A DNA stretch of 64,000 nt, taken from positions 558,001 through 622,000 of the forward strand of contig JANJGN010000064.1 in the NCBI GenBank assembly GCA_026770705.1, given 5' to 3'. The first letter of the stretch is position 1, and each line of letters opens with the position of its first letter. Below the pieces are notes generated by a model, which was not told where the DNA came from, ran no database searches, and worked only from the letters and a program-made list of their open reading frames with translations. The position numbers and the translations under genes were made by a program. Shown in pieces: positions 49,044-60,495 of the stretch. Source of the stretch: Isurus oxyrinchus (Eukaryota).

Positions 49044-50873
49044 GCAGTTTAGCAGTATATAAACCAGACTGATCACCGTCCAAAACAATTCTCATTAAGT
49101 GTCTCTCTTTCGTATGATCTTGACTTCTTGTGCTGAAAATAAATGCGTGTCATCCTTCTGCTGGTTGCAGAGCTGTATTTTCGATTTGTCTTCTGAACTT
49201 GGTTTGATGCAGAAATATTTTTTCTGTCTGTTTCTTTCCTTTTCCCAATGATTCCTAAATATATTTACACACAACGCGGATATTCACAAATACTTTGAGA
49301 GATAAAACAGTCACACACACACATTCATTCAGAACGAGCACACCGATAAACATAACAACCAATTTCAAACATCACAATGTTAATGATAAATATTCGGACA
49401 TTCAGAACCTGCTGTAACTCAACTCGGAGGTGTCGCAATAGCTGCCTTAAAGGTGCAACAGCAAATGAATATTTTGTTGACAGAAACACAGAGATAATCT
49501 AATTATATTCTACTATCATGTTCCGTGTTTTTTCTGCAATTTAGTTTTGAGGAACTACCAGGAATAACGATTGTGGATTCGATAGGATGGTTCGAAAGGA
49601 ACTGCTCCCTTGGACTTTGTGTGTACACAGAACACAGGAGACAGAATGGCAAGACATTGGACAGTAAATGCAGAGCCAGTCAGTAAGTATATGAGAGTAC
49701 ACAAGGAATATATATTTCAGGTACCATTTGTGAAATGAGTGTATTTTCTAGGTGGTGAGAAACAAGGGGCTGTGGAAAAGCAAATTGGTTTCGATCTCCA
49801 GGACGAGGGCTCACAAACAGCTAGTATGCATGCACAAATAACACCATCTTTAATCTCCATTTCAAGATTTTCATATCCGAGTTAACAATCCTTACAATCA
49901 ATGTTTACACAGCTGACCTGAGTTTGTAGCTTAAATTAGAAAACAGATCCATGCAACTAGCGGAGAGGCTTAAAGCATGCTGTTTTCCATATTGTTTTCC
50001 AATATTTTGCAATGTGCATAGTTGTTCACCTCTTCTATGGCTTGAAACTTTGGGAATTCTTTATCTGTGATTGTGATGTAGGACAGGGGGAAATGAAAAT
50101 TTTCACGAAGCTGCAATTGTGGAAAAAAGGTTCAGCTGGAATGGTCGTGAAGCCTTTAAATTCATGAGGCACAAATTTCTCTTTCTCGTGTTCTTGTAGA
50201 TAACACTCGAAGGAATCATCCTATTTGCACCAGAATGCAAAAAGAAAACTGCTGATTCACCAATGGGATTTCGGATTGCAATCGTTTACTTTACGAATTT
50301 AGGTTTGATAATCGTAGAAAGGTATCATCATATAATGGATACAGCACAAAATGAAACCATTCGTCCTGTCCTGTCTGTTCTGTTTCTCTTATGGAGAAAT
50401 GCAACCATTGTCAATCCCCCGCCTTCTCCCGTGCATTGTTTTTCTTTTCAGGTTTTTACCCTGTTTCTAGTCTCTTTAGAAATAAAATGAAGGGTGATCT
50501 AATCTAATTTTCTATTCCATTTAAACCACGTGTTAGGTTATAAAGGGAGAAATCGCTTTCCCTGGAGGAAAAAATGGGGCTGATTCAAGTCATGTTGTTG
50601 ACACTGATGCAGAGAGATGAGGTCTAAGCCAACAAAGATTAATAAATAAATAAATAAATGAAACAGGAAGCTTTTTTCACAATGAGGGCAGCTGGAAATT
50701 TAGAAAGAATTTTTAAAAGTTGATCGAATCTACAATAAATTCTAGAAGACACTATGTTTTTGCCAATCGAATAGACATATCTGTCTGTTCTGCTCGCTTG
50801 AAGAACTCAACATCCCGGACTCCTGTATTTCCTGTTGCTTTATAGGGGGGAAAACACCTCGAGTCAAAATGTA

Positions 50874-50946
50874 CTGTCCAAACCTGGACTCGAACAGTAG
50901 ACCCGCATATTACATATGTTAAGTTTTACCGATTGAGACATCCAGC
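50874..50946 (-). pseudogene. Highly decayed tRNA-Lys-derived pseudogene
   Basis: ggactcgaac..gaccc..attac..taccgattgagacatcc lies at the homologous position of the ~50 kb repeat copy. Confidence 0.45.
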
Positions 50947-51749
50947 TGGAATAATCATTCTTCCAATAGCTGCCTTCGCCACCTGACATGAGGCATTGCA
51001 ACCACTTTTTGCTTTCATTCCCTTGTTTGCTAATCCATCCTCGACAGCACATTTCCTTTATAGGCAGATCAGCAACGTCCCTTTGGCTTCGTTTATCAAA
51101 TCACCTAATTTACTCCAACTGTTTGCTCCTAACCCGTGGCTTGGGAGGTGAGGATTGTTGTTTCCGACTATCTGCACTGACCCTTGCTGATTGTGTTTAC
51201 TTCGGCGGTGTGTTGAATTGTAGGAATTGGAGAGGGAAGATCAAAACCCTCAGAGATGGATCTTGCGAATGGGTAAACAATTCCATATGATGTTTGTTGT
51301 TGGAAATTGTGATGTTAACCCTTTTAAAGCAAGAAAGCTCATTGGCGGAAACGTTCCAAATTGTGAGAATCACAAAAATAGCGGAGTAAGATAGAAATGC
51401 TACACAAATGTTCAGTTGGTCTAGGTGCAGCGCTGAGCGGGAAGCAATGATCGTAAGATAAAGGAAAAACAGTACAGAGGCTGGAAATATGAAACAAAAA
51501 CAATCAGTGGTGAAAAAACTCAGCATTTCTGACAGCATCTATGGAGAGAAAGGCAGAGTTAACTGTTAGACACCATATGACTTACTCAGAACGTTCTGAG
51601 GAAGAGTCATATGGAGCTGAAACGTTAGCTCTGCCGTTCACTTCACAGTTGATGTCAGTAGTGTTGACTTTTTCCAGCCCTTATTCTTTTGGTACCCATT
51701 TATATCGTCTTCTTTTCTTCTCTTCCTGACAGTCTGAACGACCTCGGAA

Positions 51750-52370
51750 TTCTGCATGTTGTCTTTAATCTGTCAATTGTTTCTCAACGCAATGAAGCGA
51801 TTAAAAGCCCTTTTCAGACCCGTTGCATCGTCCCCACAACTTAATAACCTATCTACCTTTGTATGTTAACGAATTTAGCTCGAACCAAGTCTGATCCTTC
51901 ATCGAATTGATTAAGACCAATCGTAAATAGTGAAGACCCTGCAGGTATTCCCGTGGCCCTCCAGTATGTGCAATTTGTGATCCTGAAATTGGTCCATTTA
52001 TCACAAGTCTTTGTGATCTGTTAGTTGTTCAGCCCATTTCCATTGGTAACATATCATCTCTTCCCCATCCTCACCGCCTCACTGCCTACTTTTTATATAT
52101 GAACCTTTAATGTGGTACCATACAAAATCTGTTTTGGGAGCCCAGACGCTCTACATCTGCTAGTAATCCATTAGCCACCCTCTTTGTTACATCCTGATCG
52201 AGCTTTACTAAATGCATCATTCACATTTCCCTGTCATGCTGTCACTGGCTGATTGAATTATGTTTTCTTCCCTTCATTTCCTGTTTCTTCATCCATAAAA
52301 ATGCATTCTGGCAGTTTCACAATGAGTGATATTAGGTTAAATGGTCTGATGTATGTTTCCGTCCTTTGAG
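51750..52370 (-). mobile_element. Decayed CR1 RT fragment
   Basis: tgtggtaccatacaaaatctgttttgggagcccaga is a degenerate reverse complement of the DFQKAFDKVPH region. The flanks are consistent with CR1. Confidence 0.5.
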
Positions 52371-52739
52371 TATTGAAGCTGCAGTCACAAAGACTCAACA
52401 AGTTAACCAAGCCTTTCTCTCCACAGATGCTATCTATCTTGCTGCGTTTTCCCGGCACATTTTGTTTTTGATTCAGACATTACCCACAGCCTGAAACGAG
52501 TGGAAATAAGGTTGGCGGAGGAGGGGAGAGGGAGATGTTCTTGAATGCAATGTTTTACAGCATTTTGGAAACATTGTGTGCCTTCAAAATATTCTGGCAT
52601 TAGTACTGAATTCTTGTGCCCAAGAAATTGTCAGACGTCTCGAAAAGCTGTTCCAGTACAGCGACAACACGACAATCTACGCATCTATATGAGAGGTTGC
52701 CCAGGTATATCTTTGACACAAAAAGCAGGGCAAATCCAC

Positions 52740-54060
52740 CCCAGCTAATCACGACCCCCACCAGTCTACACTGGTCATCAATATAGCAACGGGAAGGGTC
52801 ATCAACAGTGCTATCAAATGGAAATTGTTTAGCAATAACCTACTCACCGACTCGCAGTTAGGGTTCCGCCTGGGCCACGCAGCTCCTGCCGTCATTGCAC
52901 CCTTGTTTCAAAAACAAGCAAGAGAGTAGACCTCCTGAGCTGAGGTGACTGTCAGTGCCGTTGACATCAAGGCAGCACTTGCCAGAGTGTGGTGTCAAGG
53001 AGCACTGGCAAAATTGGAGTCAATGGTTATCATGTGGAAAGCTGACCTCTGGTCGGAGGCTTACCAGACACAAAGGAAAATGTTTCTGGTTGTTAGAGGT
53101 CACTCATCTCAGCTCCATGTCATCAGCGCAGGAATTCCTTAGGATAGTGTCCTAGAACCAAGCTTCTTAGATTGCTTCTTCAAAGATCTTCCTTGAATCG
53201 TAAAGTCAGAAGTGGGGATGGTGCCAATGATTGCACAATGTTCAGCACCATTCTCGACGCATCAGGTACTGAAGTAATCCACGTCCAAATGCAGCAAAAC
53301 ATGGACTACATTCAGGCTTGAGCTGATGAGTGGCAGGCAATGCTCAATTCCAACAAGAGATAATGCAACCATCGCGACTTGATGTTCAATGCCATTACCA
53401 TCACTGAATCCTCCATTATCAACATTGACCAGGAATGGAACCGGACTTGCCACGTAAATACTGTGGCAACAAGAGCAGGTCAGAGGATAGAAATCGTGCT
53501 CACCTCTTGCCTTCCAAAGCATCATCTACAAGGCAAAAATAAGGAGTGTGATGGAACACTCCCCACTTGCCTGGGCGAGTGCAGCACCCACAACAGCCAG
53601 GGAGCTTGACACCATTCAGGAAAAAGCATTCCCCTTGATTAGCATCACACACGCAAACAGTCACTCTCCCCCAACCACCTCCACGGACACACAGTCGCAA
53701 CAGCGTGTACCATCGATAAGATACACAACAGGAATTAACCAAGGCTCCTTCGACAGCACTTCCCAAACACACAAATATTAACATTTGCAAGTACAAGTGC
53801 AGCAGTTAAGCGGGAACAACACCACATGGAAGTGTCCCTTCAAGTCACTCAACATCCTTGCTTGGAAATGAAGCACTGTCCCATCACTGTCATTGGTTCA
53901 AAATTCTATCAATCCCTCCCTCACAGCACTCTGCCCGTACGTTCACCACATGGACCTCACTCTTTCAAGAATGCAAGTCACCACCACCTTTCAAAGGCAA
54001 CGAGGTGGGAGAATAAGTTCTGGCACAGCGAAGGAAGACCACATCCCGTGATTCAATAAA
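52740..54060 (+). mobile_element. Decayed CR1/L2-group LINE, same family as 18855-20000
   Basis: QLGFRLGHAAP, DIKAALARVWCQGALAKLESM, ISAGIP*DSVL, MEHSPLAWASAAPTTARELDTIQEKA. Confidence 0.85.
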
Positions 54061-55713
54061 AAATGAAATGTTGACCACAAAGGCAGAAGCATCAAACATT
54101 GCCTGAAAAGTAGAATATCACGTAAAGCGCACAGGGACAACACATTTGGAGGCGTATTTATTGTTAGTCATAAGCAAGAATTGTAGACGAATATAGGAAG
54201 GGCAGCGGACACCTTGCAAAACATAGGTAATTGATACTGAAGGCGTGGCAGAAATGCTGGAAAGGCAATTTCTGTCAGGGGGTGACTGTGGAAAGAGAAA
54301 CAGAGTTAACTCTCCAAGCCTGTGACATTTCATCAGAACCCAAAACGTATTTTATCTTTCTTCCTTGTCTGACCTGTTAACTTGCCTATAATCTCACCAT
54401 GTAGTCTCACGAAGTTGGCTTTTTATGTATATTGATGCCCCTCCTGATTTGCTCCCCTGAACACCATCTGCTGCTTGACCTGTTTCCATTTCCAGCATTT
54501 TCTACTTTGTTTCAGAAATCTGTCCTTTTTGTTTCAGATTTACTGCACTATCCACAGTATTTATTTTCTTCTTTGTGTTCGCATGACATAATGTACTGGA
54601 GCATTAAACATCATCCAAGAATAATGCAGAATAGTCGCTGGGGGTCTAAAATGCCAAGGTCTTCCTTGCCACATTTCCCAATCTCTTATCTGCTATTGTA
54701 AACTAATGGACCAGTACATTATGCTCCTTTTCATGGTAGGAGCTCGAAAATTAGCTACAAATTTGCCTTAGGCTGCTGTAGAGAAGCGGTAGAGCATCTG
54801 GAGGCATTTCACAGGACTTCCTGATGTTCAGTTCCTCTGACTGCAATATCAGAGGTGGACCCGCCGGTCCAATTTTGCGCCCCTACCATTTGTGTTTTTT
54901 TCAGCTGCCCAATATTTAATTTGAATCTTTATATTTCCGGAAATAGCTGCCAAATGTTATTCAACACTGCCCATGCCTCGTGCAACTCATGTGATGCCGC
55001 TGGCCCGTTAGGCTTTGCTTATACTTCTCCTCATTCTGCAAAGTTTCAGTAACGAATTACACAGCAATTCGGAAAAGAATATTGAATGAGATATTGGTCG
55101 TTATCATTTATAAATGCACTTTGAACACCTCACGCTTAAACAGGCTGCCTGGACGGAAGGTGCAAAAGAAAGTCTTTCACCTATTTCACCTAACGCTCCT
55201 CTTTGGCAAAGCTAAATCAGGAATACATCCCAGAATGTGGCAGAGGGATTTTCCGGTGACATTGAGGCACCTGGGAGATTCTTTGGGGATGCTTTGCAGC
55301 AAGTGGAAGCTCTGGGAGCCGCATGATTGGTTCTTGAAGCATATGTTTTACAAATTATCTTTCAATGATTTTCCAAAACTTCACCTGTCGCCAGAGTAAT
55401 TTCAATATTAAGGACAGTTAGCAAGGTTCTAAACGGAAAACAACCAGATAGCGTTTAATGAACAGCTCATTTTTAAAAGCGAGTGAGAAGTCTGCGATAA
55501 TGAAATAAATTTCAAGGACGCTCATATTTTATTAAATGCATAGAGCCTCGCCTCCCGCGCCTAATTTGCTGTTCTGCTGGTATTAGTGATTTACTCCAAC
55601 GTCTCTGTGATTACATAATGACGGTGCAATCAGAAAGTTATTAAAATACCTTATAGGGGCCAAAACTGTCATGAAGTCGAACAATTTTTCATCAACAGGA
55701 TTCTCCGACTGAC

Positions 55714-55813
55714 CAGGAACACCAAAGGTTGCGAGAAGAGGATAGAACATATCCTTTATCAGGAGGATTGCCGCTTGTAAAATTTTATCAAGAACAGGTG
55801 AATTCTGATCCAA
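55714..55813 (-). pseudogene. Orphan first coding exon of a second GPR139-like gene
   Basis: ILQAAILLIKDMFYPLLATFGVP-G followed by gtcagt aligns codon for codon with exon 1 at 2327-2396. ATT at 55783-55781 replaces the ATG. An upstream ctaac..ttcag acceptor ends at 55814. Confidence 0.8.
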
Positions 55814-56664
55814 CTGAAGTGCATGTTAGACTCATTAACAAACGCATTTTTTTTTGGTTACTCGATGCCTGAGCACGAAAAAATGAAACATCGTTTTACT
55901 TGCAGTCACTGAACAATTATTGGTAGATTTTCTACTTCAGCGCACCCGGGAGCAGCAGTTGGGAAATGGTGCATCTCAGTTCATGAAGTTCCATCCTTTA
56001 CAATCACGAAATGGAATGTACTACAGGCGCAGAGTTAATGCTTAATGTGCACAGGCCAAATCTCTTGAGTGTAAGTTCCTCCTGGACACTGGGTTAAACA
56101 TTTGAGGGTGGATACTCAACAGAAATTTTGAATAGTGTAATCATTCACTCTATATTTAAAATTAGATCTTTCTGTTATTGGCGCCAACGCTACACTGACG
56201 TTTTTGTTAGCAACCCAAATTTAGCTTTACTGATGCTGATCCTATTCTATCTTTATTGCGTATGATGCTATTGTGTTATTAATATTCCTGAAACTACTGT
56301 ATTATTGCTGGTAGTGAGTAATCTCTTTGATTGCTGACAGTGTTCGTACACAAACGTAAATGGCAGTTACACTAGGTTAACATTACAGACTGGGACCCTT
56401 TTTAAAATCAAGACGAATCGAATCCTGTCGTGTTCTGTGATGTCCCTCCATCTCTAGAGACTTGCAATGTTCGTTCGTGGATGATATTACCAAGACATGA
56501 ATGCAAAAAAGACTCACGAGAATGTTTCCACGATATGAATGGTTGAACAATCAGACAAACTGGTCAAGCAAAAGGCTGAGATAGTCATACACACTGAATC
56601 GTTGCAATATTCTAGAAACCATTGCAGGCCATGTCCTGCTCCGCCAGCAGGGCCAACAACTCCA

Positions 56665-56823
56665 NNNNNNNNNNNNNNNNNNNNNNNNNNNNNNNNNNNN
56701 NNNNNNNNNNNNNNNNNNNNNNNNNNNNNNNNNNNNNNNNNNNNNNNNNNNNNNNNNNNNNNNNNNNNNNNNNNNNNNNNNNNNNNNNNNNNNNNNNNNN
56801 NNNNNNNNNNNNNNNNNNNNNNN
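56665..56823. other. Assembly gap (159 N)
   Basis: Run of N. Confidence 1.
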
Positions 56824-58049
56824 TAGTGGCGTGCATTAAACAAGGAGTTAGCTTTGGAGTACACAAAGTTGTATCTTGGACCCCATGAACTCTCGTAAAA
56901 CCATTGCAAACAACAACAAGGAAACCTCCCACAGATTAGCACCTACTGTTTCCTTAAATTTCTTTAGAATTCTTTCGAGGTCATCGTTGCCAAGTCCAGC
57001 AATTGTTTGCCCATCTCTAATTGCCATTGACAAACTATTGATGAACAGCCTTCCAGAACCACGACAGCCCATTCTGTGGGAGTTTAGTTCAATCGAATGA
57101 CTTGCGAGGGGACAGTAAAGAGTGAAACACATTGCCAGGCGTTTGGAGTGACAAGGAGACCACGCTAGCTCAGGTCGGGGGATGCCCTTTGCTATTGATG
57201 GTCGTTAGCAAACTTTGTGCATATTGAATGTATTTTGCATCGGATGGGAGGAGTGTGCAGCTCATCCAAGCCCTCTATTCCACAGGTCCTACCATTCATG
57301 CAAATGTATAATTCATGTTGCATCAACGTTTCCCTTAATTTACAGGGCCTCCATCCAATTCTGCCAAGCTTCTTGGCCTTCCAAGTTGCAAAGTAACATT
57401 AAATATTAAGCCCCTGTTCGTTGCCATCCTGCAGCCATGCCTCTGTAATGAATGCCAGAACACACATATGGAATTCGATTTTTAATGTCAATTCTCTGTT
57501 TTTTTTCATGAACGTCATGTCCTGATCATCATTTCCTTCTCACGACCGTGTCATTTTGCCTTGGCTTCTCTACTTGTTTTATCACATCTTCCAAAATCTG
57601 ACCCATTACCCACACAATTTAATATAAAGCTAATTCCAATGGCCAAAGTTTATGCCTTGGCAGAACGCTCGTGCCATCTAGTTTCAGGTAAAGACTTCTC
57701 GAAAGATACAGCTACCACTTTTCTGTAATGGCTGTGAGATTATAGATGTTTATGTCTATTTGTGCTGCCAATATTTTTGTTTGTTTATGAACGTATTGTG
57801 AATTCGGACACAGAGCTTTTATTTCATGTTTTTGTAACTTCAAGCCTTATCATAAGGACATGGACCTTCCCCATTCGTGGCACACTCTATCCATCAAATT
57901 CCGCTTTACACATCTAAGATCCCACATCAAAGAAAATAACGAAAAGTATAAGTTCATGGCATAGCGTTATCATATTAGTCTCCATACTAGGTTGTTCTAG
58001 CAGGAAAAAAACAAAGTATTATGCATCGAATTTTCGTTTTTTTTCCTGA

Positions 58050-59080
58050 CAAACCAGATGTGACGAGTGGATTGCAGCAGGCGTTAATGCTGGAGCCTTA
58101 ACCTTTACAGTGCTCATCAAGGACATGGATGTGGCGAGTGAAGGTGTGGTACCTAAATTTGACAGATTATATATAGGTTGAGTAACTGGCCAAAAATATG
58201 GCAGAAAGAGTGTTTTATATTCATTCATGGGAGATGGACGTCGCTCGCCATCGCAGCATAGGTATGGATGGAATTCGAACGCTGGTCCCCAGAGCATATT
58301 CCTTTTTTATGCATTATTGGCCCAGCGACAACACCAGTGCACCATCGCGTGTGGGAAAATGCGAAGTTGTATGGCTGCAGCATTCTCAGTGCAGAGGAGT
58401 CTACGTGTTCTCATGCTTGTGTAGCAGGAGATTAGCATGCAGGTACAACAACTAAATAAGAGAGCTCATGGAACGACGTGCCATGTTATGAGAGGAATAC
58501 AGCATGCGAGCAATAATGTTATTCCTCAGTTCAATATGGCATTGGTGAGACCGCACCTCAAGGATTGCTTGCAAATTTGGTCTCCTTGTTTCAGTTAGGA
58601 TGTACATGAATTGGTAACGTTTCAGAAGGGGGTCACTGGATTGATGCCTGGAATGTGCGAGTTTTCAAATGAGGAAAAGCTCGACAGTCCGGGCCTGTTT
58701 CTACTGGAGATTTGAAGAGTGATTGGTGACTTGTTTGAAGAATTTGATATCCTGAACCATCGAGAAAATGTCGACGAAGAACAGATGATTCCACGTGTCA
58801 TTGAATCCAGAACTTGGGGACTTTTTAATCTTAGTACCGACCTTTTTGGACAGAGATGAGGTGATTTCCTTTCTCCCAGACTCTGGTGGAAGCGAATTCG
58901 TTGTACCTGCTATGGCAGAGGTAGATGGCTCCGTGTTAAGAAAATAAATCAAACATTGGCGGTATTGCTTAGAATGTAGATATCGAAACATAAGCATATC
59001 AGCCATGATTTTTTTGAACTGTAGAGCAGGCTCAATACGCTGAACGGCCAACCTGTGCTCATATTCAGAATGTTTGTATG
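58050..59080 (+). mobile_element. Decayed CR1 LINE 3' portion
   Basis: ALVRPHLKDCLQIWSPCFS and FQKGVTGLMPGM, plus a 3' UTR-like end. Confidence 0.75.
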
Positions 59081-59189
59081 TTTTTCTGTTCTCGCTTGAA
59101 TAATTTTGTGTACGATGCTCAATTTATTCCCCCATCCTGAATCCACTATACCCATCCATATAGGCTGCAAGAGCATCGAAACTCTTGGA

Positions 59190-59620
59190 CAATTGAAAAG
59201 CTGAGGCTCCAAGACTTCAACCTTCTTGGTCACCACACCAGCATCACTTGCAGTCATATCCTCCTGCCCTTGCCACTGATCCAATCAGAAGACCCTATCC
59301 CAAATTGTGTGACTGACTACTTGTAAATAAGGCAGGATTATCCTACACCACCAGAAGGCCGGATCATCCGCCGCTAGATTCCCTGTGGGGGTCTCCTTTA
59401 CAACGGGTGTGGAGAGCCCCACCATCCAAGTAAATATTCCCTTCCATGTAGCATAGCAGTGTTTGCAGGTCGACCTCCAGGTCACTGACAATGCGTCCCA
59501 TTGCCTCGAGATTTAGACAGACAGTACAGACAATAACGCCCTGGGTCACTCTGTTCACCAGGAAATAACATATTCCGCAGTCGCAACATATAACCTGCCA
59601 TGCTTTCTTTATCGTGTATA
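59190..59620 (-). mobile_element. CR1 ORF1 N-terminal fragment; further minus-strand CR1 ORF1/ORF2 remnants at ~57300-57850
   Basis: VCTVCLNLEAMGRIVSDLEVDLQTLLCYMEGNIYLD resembles the CR1 ORF1 zinc-finger/leucine-zipper segment. Confidence 0.55.
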
Positions 59621-59935
59621 ATAAATAATTTCTTAATTAATTTATAAGTAATGAACACTGCTTCAATGACATTTGTAAGCATTACTACAACTATCGTGTC
59701 CATGCAATTTCTCACAAAGCACATCAGTTCTGAAAATGAATAAATGTGTGATGTCACACTTTGATTTCTCTAAGAATGCGACTGCTCCATTCTGGAGCCT
59801 CTGAAAGGAATGGATTGGAAAGAATTTCTAATTTACCTTGATGTCCTTTTTCGCATGCTTTTATGTGTGGTTCTTACATCCACATGGTTTTGTTTTTGCC
59901 ATATCTGCTAGGTGGTAGTGCTGTTAAGGCCTCAT

Positions 59936-60037
59936 CTCCCCCACACCACATCACCCCCCATCCCCCGCCCACCACCCCCCCACCACCTCACCCCCCCAAA
60001 CCCCCCCCCCCCCCCCCCCCCTCCCCCCCCACCACCA
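59936..60037. repeat. C-rich low-complexity tract with a poly-C run of 20 nt
   Basis: Seen directly in the sequence. It explains the poly-Pro ORFs in the track. Confidence 0.95.
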
Positions 60038-60495
60038 CGTTGGATATTGCATTCAGGTCCTCATTCGTCTGTTCTAAAAAGTTTCATTACGAGGCATGTC
60101 TACATTTTAATTTTTGTGCACTGGCCACCTGTTTAGGGTCTGTCAGGCCCTTCGTTTTCAACAATCGTCCACTATTTTTTTCTCGTAATTGCAATGCATG
60201 TGCCAGTTATGTTTGAACTTTATCGGTGACATTACCATGTCCTCTGATCCCTTTTTAATTTTCCTTGCTTGCTTTCAACTACATTTCTTTTATACTGCTG
60301 CAGACATTTATCAGAATCCATCTCTCAGTATCTGATTCAGAATTAAATTGACTTGCTTGGGTCGTTAGCTTTGGCCTTCATACCCAATTTGTTTTGCGAT
60401 GAAATTATATATTTTTCATAATTGTTTTCTCCTCTATTGTAAAGTACATTTACACGGGTAAATATAGATCGTTTTCTGTGTTAATTAATTACATT

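Noticed and set aside
49055-49690. TATA box, MRVILLLVAEL leader and an AG/GT-bounded open segment (49546-49682) suggesting a small secreted protein
   Set aside because: There is no usable donor after the leader and no recognisable family. The TATA-like motif may belong to the adjacent tRNA-Ser relic, and the next candidate exon (~50200) is part of the tRNA-Lys repeat unit.
56514-56942. Long ORFs spanning 56.5-56.9 kb
   Set aside because: They are open only because they cross the N gap.
59863-60216. Proline-rich ORFs
   Set aside because: They are simply translations of a C-rich low-complexity tract.
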